NCBI GenBank assembly: GCA_039024555.1
Contig: JBCCQQ010000029.1
Coordinates: 8,132-72,131, forward strand
Length of the DNA stretch: 64,000 nt
Reading direction: 5' to 3'
Origin: Cyanobacteria bacterium P01_D01_bin.156
GTDB taxonomy: Bacteria > Cyanobacteriota > Cyanobacteriia > Phormidesmidales > Phormidesmidaceae
Both the position numbers and the translations under genes were made by a program. Below, in pieces: positions 49,826 through 59,602 of this stretch (position 1 is its first letter; every line of letters starts with the position of its first letter). The notes beneath the pieces are model-generated. The model worked only from the letters and a program-made list of their open reading frames with translations. It searched no databases and was not told where the DNA came from.

Positions 49826-50266
49826 ATGGATTTACAGGCCATTCAAACTCTGATCGAGGCCGATGACTTTACCACATCTTTCGAGCCCGCCACCCCAGAC
49901 ATTCCCCTAGATCGGCTATTCGTTCTCCTCAACGAAGAAAAACAATTACTGACTGAGCTGCTATTTATTCCCCTAGAAGCAGAGGTAGAAAACGTTCATC
50001 TGCTGCAGTTTTATGTAAATGTGCCCATTGAGCTGGGGTCTTCAATCCCAACCGATTTACAACAATTAATTCTCAACCTCAATGCCAAAATGCCCATTGG
50101 CAGCTTTGGCATCAATGGAGAGGATAACCTCGTCTACTTTCGGTATGTTTTGGTGATGCCCCAAAATCAAACACCTGAGGATAATAATACAATTGTGCAA
50201 TCCCTCTGGTTGGTATTTTATTTGGTGGAATCCTTTCTACAACAGATTCAAGCGGTCGCCGCCTAA
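49826..50266 (+). CDS. Small acidic YbjN/CesT-like (T3SS class I chaperone-like) protein; chaperone or immunity candidate
   Basis: 146 aa, acidic; LILNLNAKMPIGSFGINGEDNLVYFRYVL followed by a C-terminal amphipathic helix; 18 nt after the cargo gene. Confidence 0.7.
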   Translation: MDLQAIQTLIEADDFTTSFEPATPDIPLDRLFVLLNEEKQLLTELLFIPLEAEVENVHLLQFYVNVPIELGSSIPTDLQQLILNLNAKMPIGSFGINGEDNLVYFRYVLVMPQNQTPEDNNTIVQSLWLVFYLVESFLQQIQAVAA

Positions 50267-52710
50267 AATCTCTCAGGTCTGAGATCTGCTGACTTAGGCC
50301 TAATATTAGGTTTGTCGCTAGATGGTTTGAGGCTGCTGTTATCTTCTGGATGTATAGGTGGCTCGGAGGGTGGCTCTGTTGCTTCTGGCAAAGGACTTGG
50401 CTCTGGTGGTGCTGGAATGGTTAGGGACTCTAGAACCTCTGGAGAGGCTGTGGTTTCCAGGGTGAGCGATCGCACTATCTCTTCGCCATTTACCGAGGTC
50501 ACTTTTAGGGTGAGCGTTTCTTGGGTGTTGGCCGTGAGGGGATAGTCTAAACTCCCGGCCAATGGCACCGTTCCCGGCGATGGCAACAGCTCCACTTGGG
50601 TATAGGGACCACCCAGCACTTTCCAGGCCAGGTTCACGGTGCTGTTATCCTCCCCGGACAACACTGTCTGATACTTGGTTGGTGCCTCCTCACCATTTAG
50701 GGTAAATGTCTCAATCTGTATAGGAATTGGCACAATGGGAATTGGCGGTGTCTCTGCCGTAGCCACTGGCTCACCTTGTAGGTCTGTAAACGCCTGCAAC
50801 CCATAGCGATAGGTGCCCACGGTTTTAGCCGTTGTTGGCAGTTCTCGACAGGTAAATGCCGTTTCTGTCAGGGTGCAATACTCTTCTAAATTGGCCGGAA
50901 GCCCGTTGGTAAGATCGTAGTTTGTTGGGGCACTGAGGGGCGACCCATCGGCCAATTGGCCAGTTAGGGTAATATGCGACAACGGCTCCGTTAGGGCAAT
51001 TTGCCAGTTTAGGGCCATGGCCTTGGGGGGCGATGGCTCGTCATCAGCCGTAGGTTGTTGTAATTCTGGGGCCAGGGCTTCCCAATAGCGTGTTTGGGTC
51101 GCCCCAAATGTAACCATCTCCGGTGGCGGTGTGGGGAGAATTGTGGCTCTTCCTGTCTCGGCTGTAATGGGTTGTCCCCCATCGCCTTTAGTGACCACCG
51201 TAAGCGTAAAGTCATAATTGCCCGGCTGTCGTGCCCCGGTTAGCACATTGCTACAGCTCAGTGCCTGTTCCAGCACGCAGTAGGGGGTTAAATCTGGCGG
51301 TAAACCATTGCTGAGGTCGTACACCATGGGGGGTAGGGCGGCCCCTTCGGTATCCGTCTGGCTATCAATTTCAATGCTCTGAACCTGTTGTCCATGGTCA
51401 ATATGCCAGGTGAGCCGGATAAAATCCTGTTGCTGCTGATAGTAGGTAGGGGCAGTGGTGCTAAAGGCCGTTACCCTGGGGGGGGCCGGGGGCCGCAAAA
51501 AGAACCACCAAATTAGACCTGCGATCGCACTCACCCCACCAGCTGCCAACAACAGGATTAATGCCATATGCCACCAGGGACGACGCTCCCATAGCAGCTC
51601 AGCCGTCGTTGTTTCAGGTAATGGTAGATCATGCTGATCGTTAACCACCAATCGAAACGAGATGTCTCGTCCTGGACCAATCCAGGCCCGCTTTTGCAAA
51701 CTGTCCGGTGTGGCCGTCAGCGTGGCATGGGCCGTGGTCATGGAGGGAATCCGTATCCGCCCCGGTTCTAGCCGGTAAGTAAACAGCGGATCTTCTCGGT
51801 CCTCTTTGGCCTGGATGGTAATCTCACGGGCCGTATTACCTGCATTGGTAATGTGTAGATGAAACAGGGCCGCCTGGCGTTTTACCCGGCGAATGATGGC
51901 TTCTGGCTGCACCGTCAACTCGTAGCGGGCAGAGACTTCAAAGTACATTACATCCAACAGCACCAGGTCGGGGTCGTTGACCGACCGCAGGCGTAACGTA
52001 GCTAAATATCGTCCCGCCAAGGTATTGACCGGACAGTTAACCACCAGACGGATCAGTCCCCTACTGCCTGGATTAAGAGCTAGATAATCGGTATCGATAA
52101 CCAGCCCTAATTCCCCTAGACCTTCTGGGTAATATACCTGGTACCAGTCGTCGGGAAAATCGGTAATCTCTAAGCGAAACTGATCGACCCGATTGGAGCG
52201 ATTGTGAACAATCACCTGCACCTCTGTTGGTGTCTCAGGAGCTAGGGTGGCCGGATGATCAGAGCGAGTTTCTGGCCGTGTCGCAAAGGTGGCATCGTTG
52301 AGGTTAATGGCCGACTCCACCGGGGGCAGCACATTAATCGTGGCAGGATACCGCAGGGGCGTATCCTCCGGGTAATGGTTAGGGGCATCGACAACAATTA
52401 AATAGTCGTAACTGCCCGGTAGCGTTTGTATGGGGATTTTGACCTGAAACCGGACCTCACTGCTGTGGCCCATTTCTAGAGCTAGGCGCTCATAGGGATT
52501 GCTACACCAATGACACAATTCCTGGGAACTTTCATCCAGGTAGACATCGATGACGGCCCCCTGTTCCCCCTGGTTATCAATGGTGAGAGAAATTTCGATA
52601 GTCTCTCCAGCCGAGACCGCATAGTGACCGGATGGGCTGATCAATACCCGCAAAGGGCCTATGGTGGGGGCAGAATGTGCGATCGCGCTAGCTACCAAAT
52701 GGGTGGTCAT
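50263..52710 (-). CDS. Bitopic membrane protein: N-terminal Ig-like (COG1470-like) domains, TM helix, two Cys-pair repeats, Pro-rich tail
   Basis: TM WWHMALILLLAAGGVSAIAGLIWWFF; repeats YDLSNGLPPDLTPYC...LSC and YDLTNGLPANLEEYC...FTC. Confidence 0.75.
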   Translation of the reverse strand: MTTHLVASAIAHSAPTIGPLRVLISPSGHYAVSAGETIEISLTIDNQGEQGAVIDVYLDESSQELCHWCSNPYERLALEMGHSSEVRFQVKIPIQTLPGSYDYLIVVDAPNHYPEDTPLRYPATINVLPPVESAINLNDATFATRPETRSDHPATLAPETPTEVQVIVHNRSNRVDQFRLEITDFPDDWYQVYYPEGLGELGLVIDTDYLALNPGSRGLIRLVVNCPVNTLAGRYLATLRLRSVNDPDLVLLDVMYFEVSARYELTVQPEAIIRRVKRQAALFHLHITNAGNTAREITIQAKEDREDPLFTYRLEPGRIRIPSMTTAHATLTATPDSLQKRAWIGPGRDISFRLVVNDQHDLPLPETTTAELLWERRPWWHMALILLLAAGGVSAIAGLIWWFFLRPPAPPRVTAFSTTAPTYYQQQQDFIRLTWHIDHGQQVQSIEIDSQTDTEGAALPPMVYDLSNGLPPDLTPYCVLEQALSCSNVLTGARQPGNYDFTLTVVTKGDGGQPITAETGRATILPTPPPEMVTFGATQTRYWEALAPELQQPTADDEPSPPKAMALNWQIALTEPLSHITLTGQLADGSPLSAPTNYDLTNGLPANLEEYCTLTETAFTCRELPTTAKTVGTYRYGLQAFTDLQGEPVATAETPPIPIVPIPIQIETFTLNGEEAPTKYQTVLSGEDNSTVNLAWKVLGGPYTQVELLPSPGTVPLAGSLDYPLTANTQETLTLKVTSVNGEEIVRSLTLETTASPEVLESLTIPAPPEPSPLPEATEPPSEPPIHPEDNSSLKPSSDKPNIRPKSADLRPERF

Positions 52711-52818
52711 GGAGCAAGTTCAGGGGATAGTTATTGCCGTTTTAGGGGGATGGCCAACGAAAAACTAGTAGACCAATGGCTATTTCTATCTCCTCGGCGA
52801 TGATGAAACTTGCGATGC

Positions 52819-52830
52819 GACTTTTGTCGG
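52819..52830. promoter_or_regulatory. Candidate operator GACTTTTGTCGG (copy 2, baseplate/anchor divergent region)
   Basis: Identical to 38993-39004; here the dyad extends to CGAC-TTTT-GTCG. Confidence 0.45.
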
Positions 52831-52886
52831 ATAGTGATGGTTTATTTCCTCGCCTATAAGAGAAAGGCAGCATTATTGGCGTGCCC

Positions 52887-53321
52887 ATGGTCAACACAAC
52901 ACAGCGGGTAACTACCTCCCATTTAGGACAGGGATTTGCTTTTCCCCTTGGCATTGGTCAGCAAGGATGTTTGACCCTCAGTGCCGAAGAGCAAAGTGTA
53001 CGGGAATCGGTTTGGCTAATTTTGTTGACGGAGCCAGGAGAACGACTCTACCGCCCAGAATTTGGGTGTCGCCTATCGGAACTAGCCTTTGCCCCCATCA
53101 ATTCGGAAACCCTAATGCTAATGCGCATTTGGGTACAAGAAGCCTTAGAACGCTGGGAGCCCCGGATCATTTTGGAAGAGGTCCAAGCCCGTCCCCAGGT
53201 AGAGCAGGGCATTGTGTACCTGATTATTAACTACCGTCTCAAGACCACCTACGAGCAACAGAGTCTGGTGTATCCGTTTTACCTGCAAGGAACGCCCCTC
53301 GAACCATCTGTAAACGGGTAG
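52887..53321 (+). CDS. GPW/gp25 baseplate wedge protein (Afp9-like)
   Basis: LGQGFAFP...VRESVWLILLTEPGERLYRPEFGCRL..L.FAP.......VQEALERWEPRI...LVYPFY. Confidence 0.93.
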   Translation: MVNTTQRVTTSHLGQGFAFPLGIGQQGCLTLSAEEQSVRESVWLILLTEPGERLYRPEFGCRLSELAFAPINSETLMLMRIWVQEALERWEPRIILEEVQARPQVEQGIVYLIINYRLKTTYEQQSLVYPFYLQGTPLEPSVNG

Positions 53322-53336
53322 CCCCAAGGAGCATCG

Positions 53337-55598
53337 ATGGCTTTAGATTTTTTGCCCAACTTACCCAAAGCAGATTTGGACGATCGCCGCTACAGCGACT
53401 TGCTCCAGGAATGTTTGTTGCGCATCCCCCGCTACTGTCCTGAATGGACTAACTATAACCCCAGTGAACCCGGGGTGACGCTGCTGGAATCCTTTGCCTG
53501 GCTTACGGATCAAATGTTGATGCGGTTTAACCAGGTACCCCGCCGTCACTATGTTGCCTTTTTGGAGTTGTTGGGGGTGCGTCTGCAGCCGCCCCAGCCC
53601 GCTACCACTGAGCTCACATTTTATTTGGTATCCGAGCTACCGGAAACGTACCACATTCCCATGGGTACCCAGGTGGCCACCCAACGCACCGCCAATGAAG
53701 AGGCGATTGTCTTTAGTACGCGCCAGCCCTTAGAAATTGGCCAGCCCCGTATCCGCCATCTGTTAACTGCACCCGCATTGGAAGAGGTGCCAACTGTGCT
53801 ACGAGATTGTCTTAGCAATGTGTGGAATCGCGCTCAAGATGGTCGGTGGGATGGTCCTGAACTTTCTCTCTTTAGTGAGCAGCCCCTGTCTGGTAATTGT
53901 GCCTACGTGGTACTAGAAGACATGGGTAATACTCTCCATGGCAATGTTGTTGCCATCACCGTTAAAGGGCAGGCGGCCACACCCACCGGCATTAACCCAC
54001 AGCATCCCCCTCGGTCCTGGCAAGCCTGGGATGGTCACCAGTGGCGTTCAGTATTGTTGCAAGAAACGGATGATCAGACCCAGGGCTTTAGTTTCGCCTC
54101 CCTGGTGGAACAGGGAGGCAACCCGCTACAGGGGGTGGATTTAGTTCTGCATTTACCCCTAACCCTACCGGTCACCCAGTTTGGGAACTATCGAGGACAC
54201 TGGCTACGGTGTGTTTGTGATGCGCCCACAGCGGGCCAAGCGGCCTACAGTCATGCACCACGGATTACCGGGTTGTCAGTGCGGGCCATTGGTGGCACCG
54301 TACCCGCTAGCCAGTGCGAAGTGATTATCGAAGAAGTGCTAGGGGAGAGTGATGGTACCGCAGGGCAAGCGTTTCAGGTGCAGGGAGTGCCCATACTCAC
54401 CCGTCAGGAAGATGAATATTTAACGGTGATGGCCCCTAATCAGGATCCAGAGATATGGACCGAGGTAACAGATTTTTCCCAGTCGGGGCCTGCGGATCGT
54501 CACTATGTCATTGACTCAATTACGGGGCTAGTGCAGTTTGGCCCTCGGGTGCGAGAACCATCCCAACTACGTCAGCGGAGTGAACTACAAACTCGATTTT
54601 TGACCCACGCCACAGAGTCTGTGATGGCCCAAATGGTGACATCGCCGGAAGCGGGCCGAGCTGGCTTAAGTGCCAATGAATGGCATACGGAACTGCGGGC
54701 GTTAAATCAACTGGAGCGGCAGTATGGGGCAATTCCACCCAAGGGAGCAGTTATTCGGTTATCTAAATATCGGACTGGCGGTGGGCAGCGGGGTAATGTT
54801 CAGCCCCAGGTGCTAACGGTACTCAAGTCCGCCGTTCCCTATGTGGCCTCCGTCACCAACCATGGACCAGGGTGCCATGGGGCCGATGCAGAATCCTTGG
54901 AGCAGGCAGCGATTCGGGTTCCCCAACTGCTGCGCACGCAAAATCGGGCTGTGACGTTAGAGGATTTTGAGCATCTGGCGTTGCAAGCCGGTCAGGGGGC
55001 AGTGGCCCGGGCCCGCTGTTTACCCCCTGATGAACCCGGGGTGATTAAGCTAATGTTGATTCCCCGTGTGGATCTGGATCGGTTACACCAGGGCATGTCT
55101 CCTGAGAGATTTAAACTGACACCGGCACTACAACGGCAGGTGTTGTCGTTTTTAGATCGACGGCGACTTCTGGGCACTCAGATCCGATGTGAGGAGCCTG
55201 ACTATGTCGGGGTTACGGTACAGACGGAGATTGCGTTGGCTCCAGATTGGCGCTCTCCTGAAGCCCAGGCTCAACTTCTACATCGTTTGCAGACTGAGCT
55301 GTATCAATTTCTCAACCCGATTACCGGAGGCCGTGAGCGCCAAGGCTGGCCCATCGGTCAACCCCTCTACCAGTCGGATATTGTTTCGCTGCTACAGGCA
55401 ATGCCGGGGATTCGCTATTTGGGAGCTGTGCAATTGTTCAAGCTGCAAAATCAGGGCAACGGCTGGCTGCGGCTACCGCCCACCCCCAGTATTCATCCTG
55501 GCCCCAACGGTATGATTTGTTCCTGGCATGATCCCAACATTAACTCGGGCCACACCATCAATATTGTGACGGACAACAGTCTAGCGGAGGTGTCCTGA
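53337..55598 (+). CDS. Baseplate J-like protein (Afp11-like)
   Basis: LDDRRY.DL.......IP.YCPEWT.YNPSEPGVTLLE.FAW; YRTGGG.RGNV; GADAES; RAVTLEDFE; GWPIG..LY. Confidence 0.93.
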   Translation: MALDFLPNLPKADLDDRRYSDLLQECLLRIPRYCPEWTNYNPSEPGVTLLESFAWLTDQMLMRFNQVPRRHYVAFLELLGVRLQPPQPATTELTFYLVSELPETYHIPMGTQVATQRTANEEAIVFSTRQPLEIGQPRIRHLLTAPALEEVPTVLRDCLSNVWNRAQDGRWDGPELSLFSEQPLSGNCAYVVLEDMGNTLHGNVVAITVKGQAATPTGINPQHPPRSWQAWDGHQWRSVLLQETDDQTQGFSFASLVEQGGNPLQGVDLVLHLPLTLPVTQFGNYRGHWLRCVCDAPTAGQAAYSHAPRITGLSVRAIGGTVPASQCEVIIEEVLGESDGTAGQAFQVQGVPILTRQEDEYLTVMAPNQDPEIWTEVTDFSQSGPADRHYVIDSITGLVQFGPRVREPSQLRQRSELQTRFLTHATESVMAQMVTSPEAGRAGLSANEWHTELRALNQLERQYGAIPPKGAVIRLSKYRTGGGQRGNVQPQVLTVLKSAVPYVASVTNHGPGCHGADAESLEQAAIRVPQLLRTQNRAVTLEDFEHLALQAGQGAVARARCLPPDEPGVIKLMLIPRVDLDRLHQGMSPERFKLTPALQRQVLSFLDRRRLLGTQIRCEEPDYVGVTVQTEIALAPDWRSPEAQAQLLHRLQTELYQFLNPITGGRERQGWPIGQPLYQSDIVSLLQAMPGIRYLGAVQLFKLQNQGNGWLRLPPTPSIHPGPNGMICSWHDPNINSGHTINIVTDNSLAEVS

Positions 55599-56629
55599 TG
55601 GTGCAGTCCTATCGGTCTCCGGTGGCGTTAGATGTGGTTCCTATGCAGCTGCCAGATATGAATCTGGCCTATGGGACGGAGCTGTCAGCCGCGACAGATG
55701 ATTTAGCGGCAACCCAACCTGAGGATGCCAGTCTTGTACTGTATCCGGGAGAGCCCACTGAACTCATGTTGCGGCTGCGCAATGAGAGTGAGCGCCCCCT
55801 GAGGTTTGTTGTCCATTTCAACAGTATCTTTCCCGACGATTGGCAATTAACCCCTTTAGAGGACTACGAGCTGTTACCTGCCGCCCGCCAGCAGGTCACT
55901 CTGGTGTTTCAGGCCCCGACTGATTTTTTTGAAACGCTAACGGATGTGACTCCAGGTGAGCGTCGACCGCTGAACTACTCGGGGCGCTTAGATATTTATA
56001 GCTATACCCTGGCGGGGGATTTAGAGGACGTGATTTCAGAGCCGATCACCCTGATGGTTCGTCCCCACAGCTCCTACGCTAAACTGCTGCCCCAGGTGTA
56101 TCAAGAGATTGATTTGGTTAGCCGTTTAATGGCGGTGGTTGAGCGCACCTTTCGCCCCGATGTAGATACCTGGAATGCTCTCTGGGCCTATCTCAATCCT
56201 TTGATTGCCCCCCAAGCCATGTTGGGCTTTTTAGCCCATTGGGTGGGGTGGAAACGTCTGCCTCAACTGACCTGGGAACAACAGCGACGGCTGATCCATC
56301 GAGCCCTGGAACTGTACAGCTGGCGCGGAACAGCCCATGGCCTGCGATTGTTTTTGCATTTGGCAACGGGCTTACCGTTGGATGCTGATAATACGCCAGA
56401 AAGTCAAAAGCACATCAGCATTCTAGAACCGTCGTTGCAGGGAGCCGTATTTGGTGAATCCAGCTTACTGGAGACCACCGTATTTGGTGGAGCCCAACGG
56501 TTTCATTTCATTGTGGTGTTGCGTCCCCCCGCCGATATTACCCTCGATCAAAATCTGGTGCGGGCCATTATTGACCAGGAACGCCCCGCCTTTTGCACCT
56601 ATGAGTTGTATATCCATCCCCTGCCATGA
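55598..56629 (+). CDS. Baseplate / phage tail-I-like protein with N-terminal Ig-like domain
   Basis: LLPQVYQE.D...RLM......YLNP..AP...L.FLA.WVGW...QRRLI.RA..LY.WRGT..GL. Confidence 0.85.
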   Translation: MVQSYRSPVALDVVPMQLPDMNLAYGTELSAATDDLAATQPEDASLVLYPGEPTELMLRLRNESERPLRFVVHFNSIFPDDWQLTPLEDYELLPAARQQVTLVFQAPTDFFETLTDVTPGERRPLNYSGRLDIYSYTLAGDLEDVISEPITLMVRPHSSYAKLLPQVYQEIDLVSRLMAVVERTFRPDVDTWNALWAYLNPLIAPQAMLGFLAHWVGWKRLPQLTWEQQRRLIHRALELYSWRGTAHGLRLFLHLATGLPLDADNTPESQKHISILEPSLQGAVFGESSLLETTVFGGAQRFHFIVVLRPPADITLDQNLVRAIIDQERPAFCTYELYIHPLP

Positions 56630-57990
56630 CGACTGCCTCTTTGATTCCCCCAATGCCGACATTGGAACCGTTGCAGATGCTCTACGTGACCAATGGTTCA
56701 CCCCTGACGGCTGAACGTTGGTGGCTGGCCCATGACTATTATCAGCATCGACAGAATCTACACTATCAGTCGTTGCATCGGCCAGGAATTGTTAGGGGGC
56801 TGGGAGTACAAGTGATTTCTCCCCCAGACACGGTCTCCTCTGAGTTACGTGATCACCGCTGGGTCGAAGTTCAGCCAGGTATTGCCATTGATCTGATGGG
56901 CAACCCTATTGTTGTAGAAGAGCCCATTTCTTTTCGCATTACGACAGAGGTGATTGAGCATCCCATCACGGTGTATGTGGTGTTGGCCTATGTTAATCCT
57001 CGCCACAAGCAGTGGTCCAGCATTCCAGCCGATGTGGTGAAAGAAGAATTCCGCATTAATGAGCGTACCACCCCCCCGGCTCCGCAGGAAGTTGAGCTGT
57101 GTCGGTTAGTGCTTCAGGATAACCAAACGGCGCTAGGCAATGCTGTTCATGTGCTCACACCCACATCCCATGAATTAAATCTATGCCATCGTCAGTGGGC
57201 CCAGGCCAGGGCGGTGTATCCGGTCCAGGTGGGTTTTTTGGGGCAGGCCCAAGAGTCTCCCCATTGCGATCGCATCCGTGCCCTGCTGTCGGCCACCACG
57301 GGACTGTATCCGGCCCTGGCCAGTCCTCCGGTTGTTCAGGAGATTACCCTGAGTTCAGATGTACAACTGCAGCATTTAACGGTTCTGTTTATCCCTTACC
57401 AGCAAGTGGACGCCCTAAGCGAAAAAGAGCTCAGGCCGCTGCAGCAATATGTGGCTGAGGGCGGTACGGTGCTGGTTGAGTATATCGATGAACCTGGATC
57501 AGGCCCCAGCCTAAGCGAGCTACAACGGGTACAAACCGAGCTGCTGACAGCTTTGAATGATTTAGACAACGTTGAAGCCGGTTCCGATCTCGATCGGATG
57601 CGCCAAGACTTAGTCACCGAACTAGGCGATTGTCGTGCCGTGACCCAGGCTCAGCTCCAGGCTATTACCCAAACTCTCCATGGGTTAATGTCACCGCTGG
57701 GTGATGCAGCACCATCTGTCGTACCGCTACCTGTAGATCAGCCCTTTTGCTTCGATGAACTGCCAGTGTTACCGACGGGGCCGTTGCAATTACAGGCATG
57801 GGATGGTGTGGTGTTGGTTATTGGTGATCTATCGGCGGCTTGGACCAGCCAACAATTTGATCAGCCCCTTGCTCGTGACACACTGCGCAGCGCCCAGGAA
57901 CTGGGCATCAATATTTTGTACCAGGCTAGCCAGCGCCAACAGCTTAAACAGGCACAGATGGGCTCAGACTTGGAGGTGATTCCAGCATGA
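56626..57990 (+). CDS. DUF4159-containing baseplate-associated protein
   Basis: N-terminal NG..LTAERW..AH.Y...RQN.HYQSLH.PGIV.GL.V...V.PG.AID..G; C-terminal GDLSAAW.......R..LRSAQELGINIL. Confidence 0.72.
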   Translation: MTTASLIPPMPTLEPLQMLYVTNGSPLTAERWWLAHDYYQHRQNLHYQSLHRPGIVRGLGVQVISPPDTVSSELRDHRWVEVQPGIAIDLMGNPIVVEEPISFRITTEVIEHPITVYVVLAYVNPRHKQWSSIPADVVKEEFRINERTTPPAPQEVELCRLVLQDNQTALGNAVHVLTPTSHELNLCHRQWAQARAVYPVQVGFLGQAQESPHCDRIRALLSATTGLYPALASPPVVQEITLSSDVQLQHLTVLFIPYQQVDALSEKELRPLQQYVAEGGTVLVEYIDEPGSGPSLSELQRVQTELLTALNDLDNVEAGSDLDRMRQDLVTELGDCRAVTQAQLQAITQTLHGLMSPLGDAAPSVVPLPVDQPFCFDELPVLPTGPLQLQAWDGVVLVIGDLSAAWTSQQFDQPLARDTLRSAQELGINILYQASQRQQLKQAQMGSDLEVIPA

Positions 57991-59402
57991 ATCTTTTGCG
58001 ATCGCGCTTCTCTATCACCCTAGTGATCAACTTTTTGTTTGTTACAGCCATCTCGTTAGGCACGGCCAGTCTGTTGAACTATCACGTGACCCGCCGTGAC
58101 TTGATTCGCCAAACCCAGGTTAACCTACGCAACGAAAGCCGAGAGCTTTCTCTTTTGGTGGGGGAACTAGTCCTAGAACATATTGAACTTCTTGAAACCC
58201 TCTCCATTGATGGCATTATTCGTAACGAGCTGCGTGCCATTAATCAAACCTATGGTCAGAACCTGGGTGAAATTGTGTCCCAATTGGAGCAACGCAATGA
58301 TCAATGGATAAATGCGCCTGATGAAGATCCTTTTGTGCAAAGTATCCTAAAAAGCCCTATTAGTTACGAGTTAGAAGAGTTTGTCAAACTGTTTCCCGAC
58401 TATAGCGACGTACTGATTACCGATCGCTACGGAGCATTAATGGGGGCAACCCAGCATATGGATGACTATTACCAAGGAGATGAAACCTGGTGGCAAACCG
58501 TTTGGAATGAGGGTAAAGGAGCGATCTATGTCAGTCAGCCATTTCTAGAAGAGACACTACAAGTATATGTGACTGAGATTGCAGTGCCGGTCTATAAAGA
58601 TGGGACTGTGGTAGGAGTGTTACACGGTTATTATCGTTTAGATCGAGCATTGACCAAGGTGCTAGAGACCATAGAGTTTGAGACTGGGGGCAGTCGCCTC
58701 TATATTTCAGACAGTGAGTATCTAGGAGCGGAGGGTATTCAGACAGATGCCCCACTGTCACCGGCCATATTGGCCAATACCCTAGGGGGCACCCTTCCCT
58801 ACGAAGGGCAGTCAACATTTCTAAGTGCAGAACCTGTTCATGCCATTACGGAAACCAATGGGGCTAAAGGCAAATTAGTTGATCAGGCGATTGAGACGCT
58901 GCATTGGTATGTTGTGGTTTATCAAAGTAGTGCAGAAGCCCTGCAGCCCCTTACCAATGCAGCCCGTGTGGCTTTAATTACTGCCGGTGGGGCGCTGATC
59001 CTAGCCGTTGTTTTAGGCATTGTGCTAGCGCAAATTGTCAGTAATCCTATCCGGCTGCTGATCCGTACTGCACAAAAGGTTCAGTCCGATACAGTAACGA
59101 GTAATGACCTAAAACAGCTCGACAAGATTGCTAGTAAAAATGACGATATGGGAGAACTTGCCTCTGTTTTTCGAGATATGTCTCTAGTGATTATGGAGCG
59201 GGAAGAGAGCCTAGCCAATGAGATTGCCTCCCTGCAGGCCCAGGTCGAGTCGGGTAGTCAACAAGCAAATGATCTAGAGTTGGCCTATTACGAGGCCTTG
59301 CGAAAAAAAGCTGGCTGGCTGAGGCAACAGTTTTTAAGTGACGATTTACTTCATCAGAGGATGGAGGCAATAGATCTTAAAAAAACGGTTCACCGTTCTT
59401 AA
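57987..59402 (+). CDS. Membrane sensor TM-dCache-TM-HAMP with no output domain
   Basis: Two TM helices; ITDRYG...DYYQGDETWWQ.....G.IYVS; HAMP NPIRLL...DDMGELASVF; short tail. ATGA-coupled to the DUF4159 gene. Confidence 0.82.
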   Translation: MNLLRSRFSITLVINFLFVTAISLGTASLLNYHVTRRDLIRQTQVNLRNESRELSLLVGELVLEHIELLETLSIDGIIRNELRAINQTYGQNLGEIVSQLEQRNDQWINAPDEDPFVQSILKSPISYELEEFVKLFPDYSDVLITDRYGALMGATQHMDDYYQGDETWWQTVWNEGKGAIYVSQPFLEETLQVYVTEIAVPVYKDGTVVGVLHGYYRLDRALTKVLETIEFETGGSRLYISDSEYLGAEGIQTDAPLSPAILANTLGGTLPYEGQSTFLSAEPVHAITETNGAKGKLVDQAIETLHWYVVVYQSSAEALQPLTNAARVALITAGGALILAVVLGIVLAQIVSNPIRLLIRTAQKVQSDTVTSNDLKQLDKIASKNDDMGELASVFRDMSLVIMEREESLANEIASLQAQVESGSQQANDLELAYYEALRKKAGWLRQQFLSDDLLHQRMEAIDLKKTVHRS

Positions 59403-59602
59403 ACACCCACTCAGGGACTTGCGGGCAAATAAAATACCCATCGATGCCTCCTTTTCCTTTTCTCCTTACCCGTTCTAATCCGAGGGACTTATTTTTAAGC
59501 AGATCCCTTATCTGTCATATTCAGACCAACAGCGAGTTTTATTGATTGTTTCATCCCCTAAATCAGCGACAGCTATTTTATTAGATCTATCAATTAGCGG
59601 CT

